A stretch of 52,216 nt of DNA from NCBI GenBank assembly GCA_043821645.1, contig JBDRCO010000136.1:1-52216 (forward strand), given 5' to 3'. The notes below the pieces were generated by a model that was given only the letters and a program-made list of their open reading frames with translations, did no database searches and had not been told where the DNA came from. A program made the position numbers and the translations under genes. Below, piece after piece: positions 21,425-32,165 of the stretch. Each line of letters begins with the position of its first letter. The first letter of the stretch is position 1. The DNA comes from Pseudomonadota bacterium. GTDB lineage: Bacteria; Myxococcota; JACRCW01; JAFGSX01.

Positions 21425-23068
21425 ATGAACAGTTCAGCGTTGCCCCCGGGGGAGGGGGATCTGGAGTTGCAGCTCGCAGCCCTGGCGGACGAGGACCTGC
21501 GTGCCGTGGTCCAGCTCTCGGCAGCTCTTTGTGCCGAGCCTGGTGTCTCGGTGCCACCAGAGCGGACCAACCACGGCGCTCTGCAGCGAAGCGTGGAGAT
21601 CGTGCGCGCGTTCGCCAGGGACCACGGTCTGCACGTGATCGTGCGGGAGGCCGATGCCGATCACCCGTATCCCTACGTCGTGGTCAGCTTCGCCGAGCAG
21701 GTGCCCGGTGCGGATGCACCGTCCCAGGTGGTGGCCCTAGTCGGTCACCTCGACGTCGTCGGTGCGCAGGATGCCTCGCTGTGGTTGCCCCGGCTCGAGG
21801 GCGACGAGCTTCGAGCGCGTGGCGCCGCGGACATGAAGACCATGGTGGCGACGTATTTGGTGTGGATGGCGCGCTGGCAGAAGCGGCCCGGCCCGCGTCC
21901 ACCGGTGCTCCTGATGCTGAGCTGCTGCGAGGAAAACGGCAGCGCCCACCCGCACCACACCCGGTCGACGCTGCAGTGGCTGGGCGAGGTTCAGGGGATC
22001 ACGATTCGCCTCGCCGTCGTCGGCGAGCGCACCGGGGAACTCGAGTGGATGCGGCCGGCGCCCCGGGTCGGGCCGATCTGCAAGGAGAATCGGGCCTGGC
22101 GCTGGCTGCGCATCCGCGGCGCGGACTGCCGCGGGATCGAGGTCGTGCTCCAGCTTGCCCGGGCGATGGCCCAGCTGCGGCGCACCGTGCAGAGTCTCAA
22201 CGACGACGACATCCGCGCGAACAGGCGGGCGCAGCAGCCCGGCCTGGTGAGCGGCCTGGTCAACGCCTTCTGCCTTGTCGAGGGAGACGCCGAACCCGCA
22301 GGCGTCGATGAGGTCCTGGTCGAGGTGCGACGACCGCCTGGTGCCGCCTTGCACTCTGCAGCCGCCGTGGCGAGCGGGCCTGTGCTGATCGAGCGCTTCG
22401 CTGCTCTGGTGCTGGAGCTCAGGGTGCTCTCGCCGGCAGTCCCGCCGAGGCTCGTCGCGGTGCAGATCGGCGAGGACGGAAACTTCAACACCATCGACGG
22501 CTCCGGCCACATGCTGCTGCGCCTGGGCGACACCACGTGGCGTCAGGTGCAGGCGCACATCGAAGGCCGCGTGGGCGAGGACCTCCAGCTGCGTGTCGTC
22601 GACACGGTGCCTCGCCACAGCGTCGAGGGGCTGTGCCTGGGGCTGGATGTGCGGGAGCTGCTTGATCACCGACAGGCCGTGGACAGGGCGCTGCGCGATC
22701 TGCAGGAGGCCTTGCCCGAGGGGGCGGCGCTGGAGTCGGTGCTGGCCTGCCCGGCGTGGCGTTGCCCGCCGTCACACCCGGACCTGCAAGCCCTGGAGCG
22801 CGCTTACGCGCAGGTGATCGGTGAGACCTCGCCGGATCTGGTCAAGCTCCACGGCAACGATGGCGGGCAGCTGGCCGCATTGCAGCAGCAACAGGACGCC
22901 GTCGCCCGCAGGGATGGCACGGGCCACGCCGTGGTTTTTGGACAGGTCGGTCGAGGACCTCATGGTCCCGACGAGAGACACCTGGTGAGCAGCATCCGCC
23001 CCTATCTGGATATCCTGGATGCTTGGGCCGAGATGTTGCTGGCGCAGGGTCCAGGCCCTGGGTCCTGA
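21425..23068 (+). CDS. M20 family metallo-hydrolase (ArgE/DapE-like), long form
   Basis: GHLDVV, RGAADMK, CEE, VVGE, ND and HGPDE metal-binding motifs. Confidence 0.85.
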   Translation: MNSSALPPGEGDLELQLAALADEDLRAVVQLSAALCAEPGVSVPPERTNHGALQRSVEIVRAFARDHGLHVIVREADADHPYPYVVVSFAEQVPGADAPSQVVALVGHLDVVGAQDASLWLPRLEGDELRARGAADMKTMVATYLVWMARWQKRPGPRPPVLLMLSCCEENGSAHPHHTRSTLQWLGEVQGITIRLAVVGERTGELEWMRPAPRVGPICKENRAWRWLRIRGADCRGIEVVLQLARAMAQLRRTVQSLNDDDIRANRRAQQPGLVSGLVNAFCLVEGDAEPAGVDEVLVEVRRPPGAALHSAAAVASGPVLIERFAALVLELRVLSPAVPPRLVAVQIGEDGNFNTIDGSGHMLLRLGDTTWRQVQAHIEGRVGEDLQLRVVDTVPRHSVEGLCLGLDVRELLDHRQAVDRALRDLQEALPEGAALESVLACPAWRCPPSHPDLQALERAYAQVIGETSPDLVKLHGNDGGQLAALQQQQDAVARRDGTGHAVVFGQVGRGPHGPDERHLVSSIRPYLDILDAWAEMLLAQGPGPGS

Positions 23069-24226
23069 TCAGCGACGACCTCGACCCTGCAAGAATCTCC
23101 CTATCCGTGTCACGGCGTCCTCGAACACGCGCGGCTCGTCGGCGAAGGTCAAGCGCAGCCAGCTCCGGGTGACATGGCCGAAGGCGGCTCCGGGCGCTGT
23201 TATCACATCCTCCTGATCGAGCAGATCCAGGGCCAGTTGCAGGGAATCCTCGGTGTAGCTGGATAGATCGATCATGACGTAGAAGGCGCCATCGGGCTGA
23301 AGCACCGGACAGCCCAGGCCATGCAACGCCTTCAGGGCGGCAGCGCGGCGCTCGGTGTAGATGGGGTGGTGGTGGGTGAGCCACTGCGGGTTCTCGAACA
23401 CGAACTGCGCCATGTGTTGAGACAAGGTCGGCGCGCAGGTCGCGGCCATGTGATGGGCGCGCAGCACGCCGGTCATGTGGATGGGGTCGCCCACGACGTA
23501 GCCCAGGCGAAAGCCGGTCATTGCGCAGCTCTTGGACAGACCACTCACCAGGAAGACCCGACGCGTGTGGCGTGCGATCGAGGGGACCGCGTGCGGCAGG
23601 TAGCACAGGTCGGCGTAGATCTCGTCGCTGAGCACCGCGATGTCACGCCGGTCCACCAGAGCAGCCAGGCTCCTCAGTTCGTCGTCGTCGTCGACACTCC
23701 CCGTGGGGTTGCCCGGAGAGTTGAGCACGAGAAGGCGGGTGTGTGCGGTCACGGCCTGCTCGACGTCGCGGGCGATCAGTCTGAAACCCCGCGCCGGGTC
23801 GCGGGGCACGGCCACGGCGCGAGCCCCCAGCAAGGTCGCCACCGCCGCATAGGAGGGAAAGCCCGGATCGGGGACCACCACCTCATCGCCAGGGTCGAGG
23901 GTCGCCATCATGACGGCGAGGATGGCTTCCTGGGCGCCGCAGGTGACGACCACGCTTGCAGCGTCGCGTCGGCCCTCCAGGTCGTGGTGGCGCGCGATGG
24001 CCTCGCGCAGCCCGGTGAGACCTGCGTTGGCAGTGTAGCCCATGGAGCCGAGGCGCAGCCGCCGCTGCCCCTCGTCGAGGATGGCATCGGGCACAGGCAG
24101 CGAGGGCTGGCCGAGGCCCAGGTTCAGCGAACTCGGACGGCGCCGGTCGTACACGGCGCGGATGAGCGAAGGCTGCATGGCGGCAGTGCGGGCCGATTGC
24201 AGCGACGAGGGAACGGGCTGGCTCAC
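23069..24226 (-). CDS. PLP aminotransferase class I/II, probable DapC by context
   Basis: [20 protein letters not shown] and [16 protein letters not shown]. Overlaps the dapD stop. Confidence 0.85.
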   Translation of the reverse strand: MSQPVPSSLQSARTAAMQPSLIRAVYDRRRPSSLNLGLGQPSLPVPDAILDEGQRRLRLGSMGYTANAGLTGLREAIARHHDLEGRRDAASVVVTCGAQEAILAVMMATLDPGDEVVVPDPGFPSYAAVATLLGARAVAVPRDPARGFRLIARDVEQAVTAHTRLLVLNSPGNPTGSVDDDDELRSLAALVDRRDIAVLSDEIYADLCYLPHAVPSIARHTRRVFLVSGLSKSCAMTGFRLGYVVGDPIHMTGVLRAHHMAATCAPTLSQHMAQFVFENPQWLTHHHPIYTERRAAALKALHGLGCPVLQPDGAFYVMIDLSSYTEDSLQLALDLLDQEDVITAPGAAFGHVTRSWLRLTFADEPRVFEDAVTRIGRFLQGRGRR

Positions 24227-25074
24227 GGAGTGGTCCCCATTGCGCCCTGTCGCAAGGCCTGTTCAAGCGCCGTGCGGGCGTCTGTGCGCGCGTCTCTGTA
24301 CTTGATGATCAAGGGTGCGGCGATGCTCAGTCCGAGCTCCAGCGCGAAGGCGCCGCGCAGCGGCCTGGTCCCGGGCACGACCACTGCCCGGGATGGGATC
24401 TCGAGAGGCTGCCCGGGCCGGGCTCGCAGCTCGCGTTGTTGGACCAGGTCGTACACGACGGTCGAGCCATTGAGGATGGTGCCCGACCCGAGAACCGCTC
24501 CCTGCCTCACGATGACGCCCTCGTACACGCCGCAGTTGCCGCCGACCATCACGTCGTCCTCGACCACCACCGGAACCGCGCCCGTGGGCTCGAGCACGCC
24601 GCCGAGCTGCGCGGCCGCGGACAGGTGCACGCGCTGACCGACCTGGGCGCAGCTGCCCACCAGGGCATGCGAGTCGATCATGGTATCGCGATCGACGTAG
24701 GCACCGATGTTCACGAAGGCCGGTGGCATGATCACGACTCCCGCGCCGATGTGGGCTCCACGCCGCACGCTGCTGCCACCCGGCACCACCCGCACGCCGT
24801 CCTCGAGGACGAACTGGCGGGCCGCCATGGTGTCCTTGTCGAAGAAGCTCGCATCAGCCTCGTGGCCGCAGCCCGTGAGCAGCCCGACCCGGAAACCGAG
24901 CAGGATGCCCTGCTTGACCCAGGAGCACGCCTGCCACTGGCCGTCCACACACTCGGCTGCGCGGACCTCGCCCCGCTCCAGCGCGTCGCGCAGCTCGAAG
25001 AAGAGGTCGCGCAAGGCCGCGGTCGCCAGGGTCGCGTCGTCGACCGCGCGGGTGATTCGCTCAGCCAGGGTCAT
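24223..25074 (-). CDS. dapD: Tetrahydrodipicolinate N-succinyltransferase
   Basis: [40 protein letters not shown] and GGVLEP. Confidence 0.93.
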   Translation of the reverse strand: MTLAERITRAVDDATLATAALRDLFFELRDALERGEVRAAECVDGQWQACSWVKQGILLGFRVGLLTGCGHEADASFFDKDTMAARQFVLEDGVRVVPGGSSVRRGAHIGAGVVIMPPAFVNIGAYVDRDTMIDSHALVGSCAQVGQRVHLSAAAQLGGVLEPTGAVPVVVEDDVMVGGNCGVYEGVIVRQGAVLGSGTILNGSTVVYDLVQQRELRARPGQPLEIPSRAVVVPGTRPLRGAFALELGLSIAAPLIIKYRDARTDARTALEQALRQGAMGTTP

Positions 25075-26089
25075 GGGGTACCTTTCCATCCAGCAGGTCC
25101 ACGCAGAGTCCGCGATAGAGCTGGCGGGCCTGGTGCAGGTCGGCCACGGCCACCTGCTCGTCGTCGGTATGCGCCACGTGGATCGAACCTGGTCCCACCA
25201 TCAACGGCGAGCCCAGGGGCCGCAGATGTGCCACGTCGGAGGCGAAACCGACCACGCACTCTGGCCGGCCCTGGGGCACGACGAGGTGTTGCGGATCCGA
25301 GCGCGTGCGCAGGTCCATCTCCACATCGGGTCCAAGGAGAGATCGCACCCGCGCCTCGACCTCGTCGACGCGAGTCGCGATGCGCATCATGATCTCGGCG
25401 CGGGCCAGCGGCGCGAGGACGTTGGGGGCGTCGCCGCCATGCAGCGTGCCGACATTGAGCAGCGTATCGCCGATGTTCGCGTCCCGGGGCCAGTGCTCGG
25501 CACGGAGTCGATCCAGGGTGTCGAGGAGGCTGTGCAGGGCACTGAGGCCGAGTTCGGGGTAACCGGAGTGGCAGGCTCGCCCCGTGCAGGTCAACGAGAA
25601 GGCCAGGGCGCCTCGCTGGGCGCGAACAAAGCGCAGATCCGTCGGCTCGCCGTTGATGAGAAACTCCACCGGATCGAGGACGCGCGCTGCCGCCCGGGCA
25701 CCATCGCTGTTGGTTTCTTCTCCGACCACCAGCAGCACGGCGACATCGTCACGGCCGCTCGCGTGCAGGTCCAGCAGCGCCCCCAGCATGGCCGCGGCGA
25801 TGCCCTTGGCGTCGCAGGCGCCGCGCCCGCGGAGGCGTTCGCCGTCGAGACGCGGGGCGGGGCCACCAGGGACCGTGTCGAGGTGTGTGGTGAGCAGCAC
25901 GCGCGGTGGCCGTGCGCCACAAAGCAGCAGATCGCGGCGCTCTCCGTCGACGGGGATCGCCCGCACGCCGACCCCCCGCTGGAGAGCCCACCTCTCGATG
26001 AAGGACGCCGCAGCGTCCTCGGTCCCCGTAGGCGAGGGGATGCGCATCAGGTCCAGGGCCAGCGCCACTATGTCGACGTCCTCGTGCAT
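25061..26089 (-). CDS. M20 deacylase, probable succinyl-diaminopimelate desuccinylase (DapE-like)
   Basis: [30 protein letters not shown] and AHTDDE. First gene of the dapD operon. Confidence 0.82.
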   Translation of the reverse strand: MHEDVDIVALALDLMRIPSPTGTEDAAASFIERWALQRGVGVRAIPVDGERRDLLLCGARPPRVLLTTHLDTVPGGPAPRLDGERLRGRGACDAKGIAAAMLGALLDLHASGRDDVAVLLVVGEETNSDGARAAARVLDPVEFLINGEPTDLRFVRAQRGALAFSLTCTGRACHSGYPELGLSALHSLLDTLDRLRAEHWPRDANIGDTLLNVGTLHGGDAPNVLAPLARAEIMMRIATRVDEVEARVRSLLGPDVEMDLRTRSDPQHLVVPQGRPECVVGFASDVAHLRPLGSPLMVGPGSIHVAHTDDEQVAVADLHQARQLYRGLCVDLLDGKVPHDPG

Positions 26090-26219
26090 GTTGCTCCTGG
26101 GCGTCGGCAGTCTATGCCGCCAGATGCACGTCGCCAAGCACCCCGGGCCTTTCCTTCAGGTTGCGAATCTGTAAAATACTTGCTCGGTTGGCGCTGGTGC
26201 CTGGGGAGTACGAGGAATT

Positions 26220-28313
26220 TTGGGACCCTTTCAGCCTCACTGGTTTGGCGACTATGAATTGCTGCGCCTCCTTGGTGTCGGGGGCATGGCCGAGGTTTTT
26301 CTCGCCCGCACCACCGGTGCGCAAGGATTCGAGAAGGTCGTCGTGGTCAAGCGCATGCTGTCCAAGCTCGCGCGCGACCCCCGCTTCGTCAAGATGTTCA
26401 TCGACGAGGCCAAGCTGGCGGTCCAGCTCTCGCACGCCAACATCGTGCAGATCCTGACCCTTGCCGAGCACGCAGGCACGCCCTTCATCGTCATGGAGTA
26501 CGTCCACGGACGCGATCTGTTCTCGGCGCTGCGAACGGCGGCCCAGGGCAAGGCTGGCATCCCCGTGGACTTCGGGCTGCACTGCATCGTCGAGATGCTC
26601 AAGGGCCTGAGCTATGCTCACACTGCGTCTGGCTCGGATGGCCGGCCGCTTCACCTGGTCCACCGCGACGTGACGCCATCGAACATCTTCATCTCCTTCG
26701 ACGGCGAGGTGAAGCTGGGGGACTTTGGCGTGGCCCACGCCACCGGTGAGGTCGACAGGCGAGAGGTGCGCGGGAAGTTTGGGTACCTGGCCCCCGAAGC
26801 GCTGCACGGCCAGCAGCTCGACGCCCGTGCCGACCTCTTCAGTGCCGGCGTGGTGTTGTGGGAGACCCTGGCCGGACGGCGATTGTTTTCGGGCAAGAAC
26901 GACACGGACGTGCTGCGCCAGGTACGCGATCGCGTACCCGAGCCACCCTCCCTGTTCAATCCCAAGGTCCCGCCCGACCTGGATGCCATCTCTGCCAAGG
27001 CCCTGGCCAAGGATCCCGATCAGCGCTACAGCTCGGCGGCCGAGTTCGAAGAGTCCCTGAGCGACTATCTGTTTGCCAGGCGTCTGCGCTGGACCCGCCG
27101 CCGTATCTCCGACGTGCTGAAGGCGCTGTTTCCCGACGACAGCAAGCCCCTGGTGCTGCCCCCACCCATGTCCCGAGATGCCAGAGTCGCCGATGCCAGC
27201 GACGATTTCGAGGACGACACCGATCGCCTCGTCATCGCTGTCACTGATACCGAGCTCACACCATCCAAGCCTCCAGGCAGCATGGTCGAATCGCGGGTGC
27301 AATGGCCCGAGTCCCTGGATTCCGCCATCGTCGAGGTCCCCGACGTCAACCAGATCGTGCTGTCCCAGGCCATGCAGCGTGCCCAGGCCGAACAGGTGCT
27401 GGTGCACTGGGCCGACGGAAACACCGTGGGCATGCGCATCCCGGAGATCGTCAGGACGCTCACCTACGAGCCCCACACGGTGGCCGGGCTCGGTGTCATT
27501 GGCGAGTGGAAGATGGAAGTCCCCGAGCTCGCAGGGCACCTGCTGTGGGACAGCCTGGCGGGGATCCAGGAGCCGGCATCGGCGCCGGAGGCCAGTGGCA
27601 GCCTCGCCCGGGTGAGCCTGGTTCGCCTGCTCTACGAGCTGACCCTGCGACGCATGAGCGGGCTGGTGGCCATCACCTCGGACGATGGCAGGCAGCGTCG
27701 TCATCTCTACCTCGAGGGTGGATACCCGGTCTACGTGGCCAGCGATGATCCGCGCGATGGTGCTCCCGCCCGTCTCATCGAGCACAACATGCTCAGCATC
27801 AGCACTCTGTATCGGGCGCTGGTCCAGGTGCTCGGTGATCGAATGTCTCTGGATCAGGCCCTGGTGTCCGTGGCTGGCACCGAGGGGCAGGCTCACGTCG
27901 AACGCATGTTCTCGGCCCTGGTCCGGAGCAGGTTGTATGCGGCCTTTTCCTGGTACGCGGGGAGCTTCCAGATCTATCCCGGTATCAAGCCAGAGACGCG
28001 GCTCAGTTTCCGCACACCACCCTTGCTTGGCATCTTGACCCGGGCGGTACATCGAGGAATGCCTCTCGACGAACTACAAACGCGGCTGCACACCCTCGGG
28101 CAACGCGCGGTGATGCTGAATCCGAAGCGCAAGCAGCACATCACGGCCCTGCACCTGCGCCCAGATGAGGTGGCCGTGGTCCAGGCCATCGATGGCACGC
28201 GGACCTTGCCGGCCATCCTCGAGCTGGTGGGCGCCAACACATCCGAGGCGCACCATGCGGTGCTGGTTCTTCTTTACGTGCTGGCCGAGACCCAGATCGC
28301 TTCTTTGATGTGA
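26220..28313 (+). CDS. Hanks-type Ser/Thr protein kinase with C-terminal DUF4388-like domain (paralog 1)
   Basis: LGVGGMAEV, VVKR, HRDVTPSN, DFG and GKFGYLAPE. C-terminal GSLARVSLVRLL...LYLEGG...W..G.F. Start codon is uncertain. Confidence 0.9.
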   Translation: MGPFQPHWFGDYELLRLLGVGGMAEVFLARTTGAQGFEKVVVVKRMLSKLARDPRFVKMFIDEAKLAVQLSHANIVQILTLAEHAGTPFIVMEYVHGRDLFSALRTAAQGKAGIPVDFGLHCIVEMLKGLSYAHTASGSDGRPLHLVHRDVTPSNIFISFDGEVKLGDFGVAHATGEVDRREVRGKFGYLAPEALHGQQLDARADLFSAGVVLWETLAGRRLFSGKNDTDVLRQVRDRVPEPPSLFNPKVPPDLDAISAKALAKDPDQRYSSAAEFEESLSDYLFARRLRWTRRRISDVLKALFPDDSKPLVLPPPMSRDARVADASDDFEDDTDRLVIAVTDTELTPSKPPGSMVESRVQWPESLDSAIVEVPDVNQIVLSQAMQRAQAEQVLVHWADGNTVGMRIPEIVRTLTYEPHTVAGLGVIGEWKMEVPELAGHLLWDSLAGIQEPASAPEASGSLARVSLVRLLYELTLRRMSGLVAITSDDGRQRRHLYLEGGYPVYVASDDPRDGAPARLIEHNMLSISTLYRALVQVLGDRMSLDQALVSVAGTEGQAHVERMFSALVRSRLYAAFSWYAGSFQIYPGIKPETRLSFRTPPLLGILTRAVHRGMPLDELQTRLHTLGQRAVMLNPKRKQHITALHLRPDEVAVVQAIDGTRTLPAILELVGANTSEAHHAVLVLLYVLAETQIASLM

Positions 28314-28453
28314 TCCCGTGGCCGAGGGATGGCCTCGCAGTCCACCGCCCGCTTTGCGCATGCTCACCAGCCTCGGTCAGACAGATGGCACTCCCTGCGC
28401 GGGCCTAGTGTGCCGCGACGGGTGGTTGATCTCGGGGGGTCCTCCGCACTACA

Positions 28454-30598
28454 TTGGTGGGGTCTCTCTTCGACGACACGAACGCGGTGGGGTCGTGGGT
28501 GAACGAGGCGTTCGAACCTCACTGGTACGGTGACTACGAGCTGCTGCGGCCGCTGGGCGTCGGGGGCATGGCCGAGGTGTTCCTGGCGCGCACGGTTGGC
28601 GCCCAGGGCTTCGAGAAGGTGGTCGTCCTCAAGCGCATGCTGGCCAGGCTCGTCGACCAGCCTCGCTTCGTGCAGATGTTCGTGTCCGAGGCCAAGCTCG
28701 CGGTCAAGCTCGCTCACGCCAACATCGTTCAGATACTGGCCCTCGAGGAGATGGGGGGGCGGCCCTTCATCGTCATGGAGTACGTTCACGGGCGGGACCT
28801 GCATGTCCTGCTGCGCACGGCCCAGCAGCGGGGCATCGAGGTGCCCTCCGACTTCGTGCTGCACTGTCTGATCGAGATGCTGCGCGGCCTGGCCTTCGCA
28901 CACGAGGCCGTCGGCTCCGACGGCAAACCGCTGCGTCTGATCCATCGCGATGTCACACCCAGCAACATCTTCATCTCCTTCGACGGTGAGGTGAAGCTGG
29001 GAGACTTCGGAGTGGCGCACTCCCTCGACGGCACTCAAGGCCGCGAGCTGCGTGGCAAGTATGGCTACATCGCTCCCGAGATCCTTGAGCACCTGCAGAT
29101 CGATCACCGCGCCGACCTCTTCTCGGCGGGTGTCGTGCTCTGGGAATCTCTGGCCGGCCGGCGCCTCTTCGTCGGGCAGACCGACGGGCAAGTGCTGTTG
29201 CAGATTCGTGAGCGCCTGGTCGAGCCACCGTCTCAGCACAGTTCGCGCGTGCCGCCGGATCTGGATCGCATCGCCCTCAAGGCGCTGAGCAAGGATCGTG
29301 CGCTGCGCTTTCAGACCGCCCAGGAATTCGAGGATGCCCTGTCGGACTACCTCTTTGCCCGGCGCCTGCGCTGGACTCGTCGCCGCATCGCCGAGGTGAT
29401 GAAGGCCCTGTTCGCGGAGGATGCGGCACCGCTGGTCTTGCCACCGCAGACGCCTCGCGACGAGCTCAACTCCGTTGACGACTGGGAAGACTACTCGGAG
29501 ATGACCACCCGCAGCCTGGTGGTGAAGCTTGGAGCTTTGCAGCGGACGCCGACCAAGCCGCCCGGCAGCAAGGTGGAGTCTGCGGTGCACTGGTCGGGGT
29601 CGGTGGAATCCGACCCGGCGATCTCCGAGGCGACGCGGACCATCTCGGAGCCCGCTGCGCCGGCCCCCGAGCGCGCTTCCGCCCTGCTTCTGTACGCGGG
29701 GGCTGTTGCAGAGAGTGTCTCGCTGGCGACGCTGTGCCAGCGACTGACCAGGGACACTTCGATCTGCGATGGTGTGGGTGTTCGGGATGGACCCCATCTG
29801 TCGATGGCGCACTTCGGGCAACTCGTCTACTGGGACACCCTGGCCGGTTTTCCTCTGCTCGACGAGTCACCCGCGATCATCCTGGATATGGAGCAAGCCA
29901 GTCTCGTGCGCGTGATCTACGAGGCCACGGTACGCAGGACAAGCGGCTTGTTCATCATCGAGAGCGAGCACGGCGGAGCGCAGCGCTGGCTCTACCTCAA
30001 GGGTGGATACCCTCTTTACGTGGGTAGCAACAAGCCAAGCGAGGGCGCCCTGCCCATGATCCTGCGCCACCGGATGCTGAGCACAGCGCTGCTCGAAACG
30101 GCCGTCGAGACCAGCCTGCGCCGCATGTTACCCCTGGAGCGGGCGCTGCAGGAGGAAGCGGAGGGCGACAGCAGTGCGAGGGTCGAGCGGGTGTTCTCGG
30201 CGGTGCTGCGCACGCGCCTGTATCCGGCTTTCGCATGGCGACGCGGAAGGGTTCGAGTATACACGGGCGTCGCTCCCCAGCTTCGAGCGGCGGTGCGCAT
30301 CCCGCCCTTGCTGGGCATCCTGGCGCGTGCCGTGCGCCGGGCCCTGAGCGTCGAGGAGCTCAAGGCAGAGCTGGTTCCGCGCAGCGCTCGCGCGGTGGCG
30401 TTGCGCCAGGGCAAGGCCTCTCACGTCGAGGCACTTCGATTGCGGCCCGAGGAGCGCACCGTGATCGATGCCATTGACGGGCATCGCAACCTGGGCGAGG
30501 TCCTGCATGCCAGTGGTATGCTGGACACCGATGCGCAGCACGCAGCGCTCTCTCTGCTGTACGTGCTGGCCGAGACCGGTCTGGCAGACATGGTCTGA
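28454..30598 (+). CDS. Hanks-type Ser/Thr protein kinase with C-terminal DUF4388-like domain (paralog 2)
   Basis: Same motifs, colinear with paralog 1 over its full length. Start may be GTG at 28499. Confidence 0.9.
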   Translation: MVGSLFDDTNAVGSWVNEAFEPHWYGDYELLRPLGVGGMAEVFLARTVGAQGFEKVVVLKRMLARLVDQPRFVQMFVSEAKLAVKLAHANIVQILALEEMGGRPFIVMEYVHGRDLHVLLRTAQQRGIEVPSDFVLHCLIEMLRGLAFAHEAVGSDGKPLRLIHRDVTPSNIFISFDGEVKLGDFGVAHSLDGTQGRELRGKYGYIAPEILEHLQIDHRADLFSAGVVLWESLAGRRLFVGQTDGQVLLQIRERLVEPPSQHSSRVPPDLDRIALKALSKDRALRFQTAQEFEDALSDYLFARRLRWTRRRIAEVMKALFAEDAAPLVLPPQTPRDELNSVDDWEDYSEMTTRSLVVKLGALQRTPTKPPGSKVESAVHWSGSVESDPAISEATRTISEPAAPAPERASALLLYAGAVAESVSLATLCQRLTRDTSICDGVGVRDGPHLSMAHFGQLVYWDTLAGFPLLDESPAIILDMEQASLVRVIYEATVRRTSGLFIIESEHGGAQRWLYLKGGYPLYVGSNKPSEGALPMILRHRMLSTALLETAVETSLRRMLPLERALQEEAEGDSSARVERVFSAVLRTRLYPAFAWRRGRVRVYTGVAPQLRAAVRIPPLLGILARAVRRALSVEELKAELVPRSARAVALRQGKASHVEALRLRPEERTVIDAIDGHRNLGEVLHASGMLDTDAQHAALSLLYVLAETGLADMV

Positions 30599-30638
30599 GC
30601 AGGCCAGGATCCTGGGTCCGGGGAGGACCGGGGCCCGT

Positions 30639-31880
30639 TCAACCAGCACCGGCGGCGGCGACCTCGAAGGACACACGTCCCACGATCTGCCCGCTTCCAG
30701 TTCTGACCTCGCAGGTCCAGTCGCCCGCGGCGTCCTTGGGAAAACGGCTCTTGAACGACCAGGTCCGGTAGCCCTGCTCGCGCCCGCCGCTGATCTCGCG
30801 CAGCTCGACGGTATTGACAACCTGGCCGTCGTGCTTCCACACGTGCAGGATCTTCTCGTCGAGTCCTCGGGGGGCCTGTATCGCCGTGAAGCAGTAAACC
30901 CGTTCTGGAAATCCGTCTCCGAGCACGAAGCGGTCTGCGCGTCCGAGCGCTTCCCTGTCCTGCACGGACGTGGCTGCGGTACCGTCGACGATGCGCAGCG
31001 GGGCGGGTGGGATGGCCACCTGCAGGTCGAACAGCCAGATGGCAATCATCAAAGGGATCGCAACGGCGGCGGCCAGCCCCAGGCGCTGACGAAGTGTCCA
31101 CGTGCGGTGTGCGGACGCCCCTGCGAGTCCAGGCTCGGCTCCGTTCCCGGCAATCCGTTCGGCGGAATCCGCCGGGATTGCTGCAGCGTCGTCGGAATCC
31201 GAGTCCGGATCCACGGCAGTTGTGCGGGCTTGGTGCGGCGGTAGCTTGCGGGTGTAGCTCGCGAAGAGAACCAGCAACACGACCGTGAGCGCCACGGAGA
31301 CATGAAGGCTGTAGTTGTTGCGCAGGCCAAGGACCACAGGCAGGGCGAAGTTAAGGGCTGCGAAATTGCTCAGAGCCAGAAGCAGCATGGTGGTTGGTGG
31401 CCAGGCTGCAAGGCGCTCGAACACCGGGTCGATCAGAGTGGCGAGGATGGCCAGCACCAGAAGGTTGAAGAAGAACATGTTGGGGGAGAAGAACGTTGTG
31501 CTCCAGAAGTAGAAGGGCAGCACGAAGAACAGCACCTCCTGCGAAGCACTCTGAGCGAGCACAATGGTGCCAAAGTGCACGCGCGCGAGCCAGGTGCTCT
31601 CACGCTGTATCAGGCGTCCCCCCAGTACGTGCACCAGACCGACCACGATCCAGGTCACGAACAAGGCGCCGAGGAGCCACGGGATGCGGCTGAAGCCTCG
31701 CTTCATGAGCAGTGCCGACACCACGCCGGTGATGAAGGACAGCACTGGAAGCAGTTTCTTGTAGCGCTGCAGGCGCCCGGCAAGGTCGCGAATGCGGACC
31801 CGCCAGAAAGCCTCGTCCGGAGCGATCGTCGGCGTCTCGTCAGCGTCTCGAGGAGCATCGGCCATGGCGCATCCTGGCAT
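30639..31880 (-). CDS. Membrane protein with C-terminal DUF2914-like Ig domain
   Basis: About 8 TM segments (LFFVLPFYFWSTT). C-terminal YCFTAIQAP...HVW...GGREQGYRTWSFK...GDWTCEV. Confidence 0.8.
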   Translation of the reverse strand: MPGCAMADAPRDADETPTIAPDEAFWRVRIRDLAGRLQRYKKLLPVLSFITGVVSALLMKRGFSRIPWLLGALFVTWIVVGLVHVLGGRLIQRESTWLARVHFGTIVLAQSASQEVLFFVLPFYFWSTTFFSPNMFFFNLLVLAILATLIDPVFERLAAWPPTTMLLLALSNFAALNFALPVVLGLRNNYSLHVSVALTVVLLVLFASYTRKLPPHQARTTAVDPDSDSDDAAAIPADSAERIAGNGAEPGLAGASAHRTWTLRQRLGLAAAVAIPLMIAIWLFDLQVAIPPAPLRIVDGTAATSVQDREALGRADRFVLGDGFPERVYCFTAIQAPRGLDEKILHVWKHDGQVVNTVELREISGGREQGYRTWSFKSRFPKDAAGDWTCEVRTGSGQIVGRVSFEVAAAGAG

Positions 31881-32165
31881 GGCTTCCACTCCAGGGAACA
31901 CGCACGGGGCTGGCGGCTCCCGGGGTGAAGCTACGCTACAATAGCCGATAATGGATCGCAGCGGGTACGGGCTGTCCCGGCCTGCGCAGGGGGTCCGCGG
32001 GACAGCCATCCGCACCTCGAACCCGGTCCGTCCTCTGGTCGTGCGCTTCCGACGCAGGCCCGACGCCGAGGACTGAGCGAGGCCCTCCAAAACAGGGCAC
32101 AGGCAGTGCGCGGGTCCCTGGCGGCGCTGGCTCGAGACCTCGAGCTCTTGCTATCCTCCCACCCC

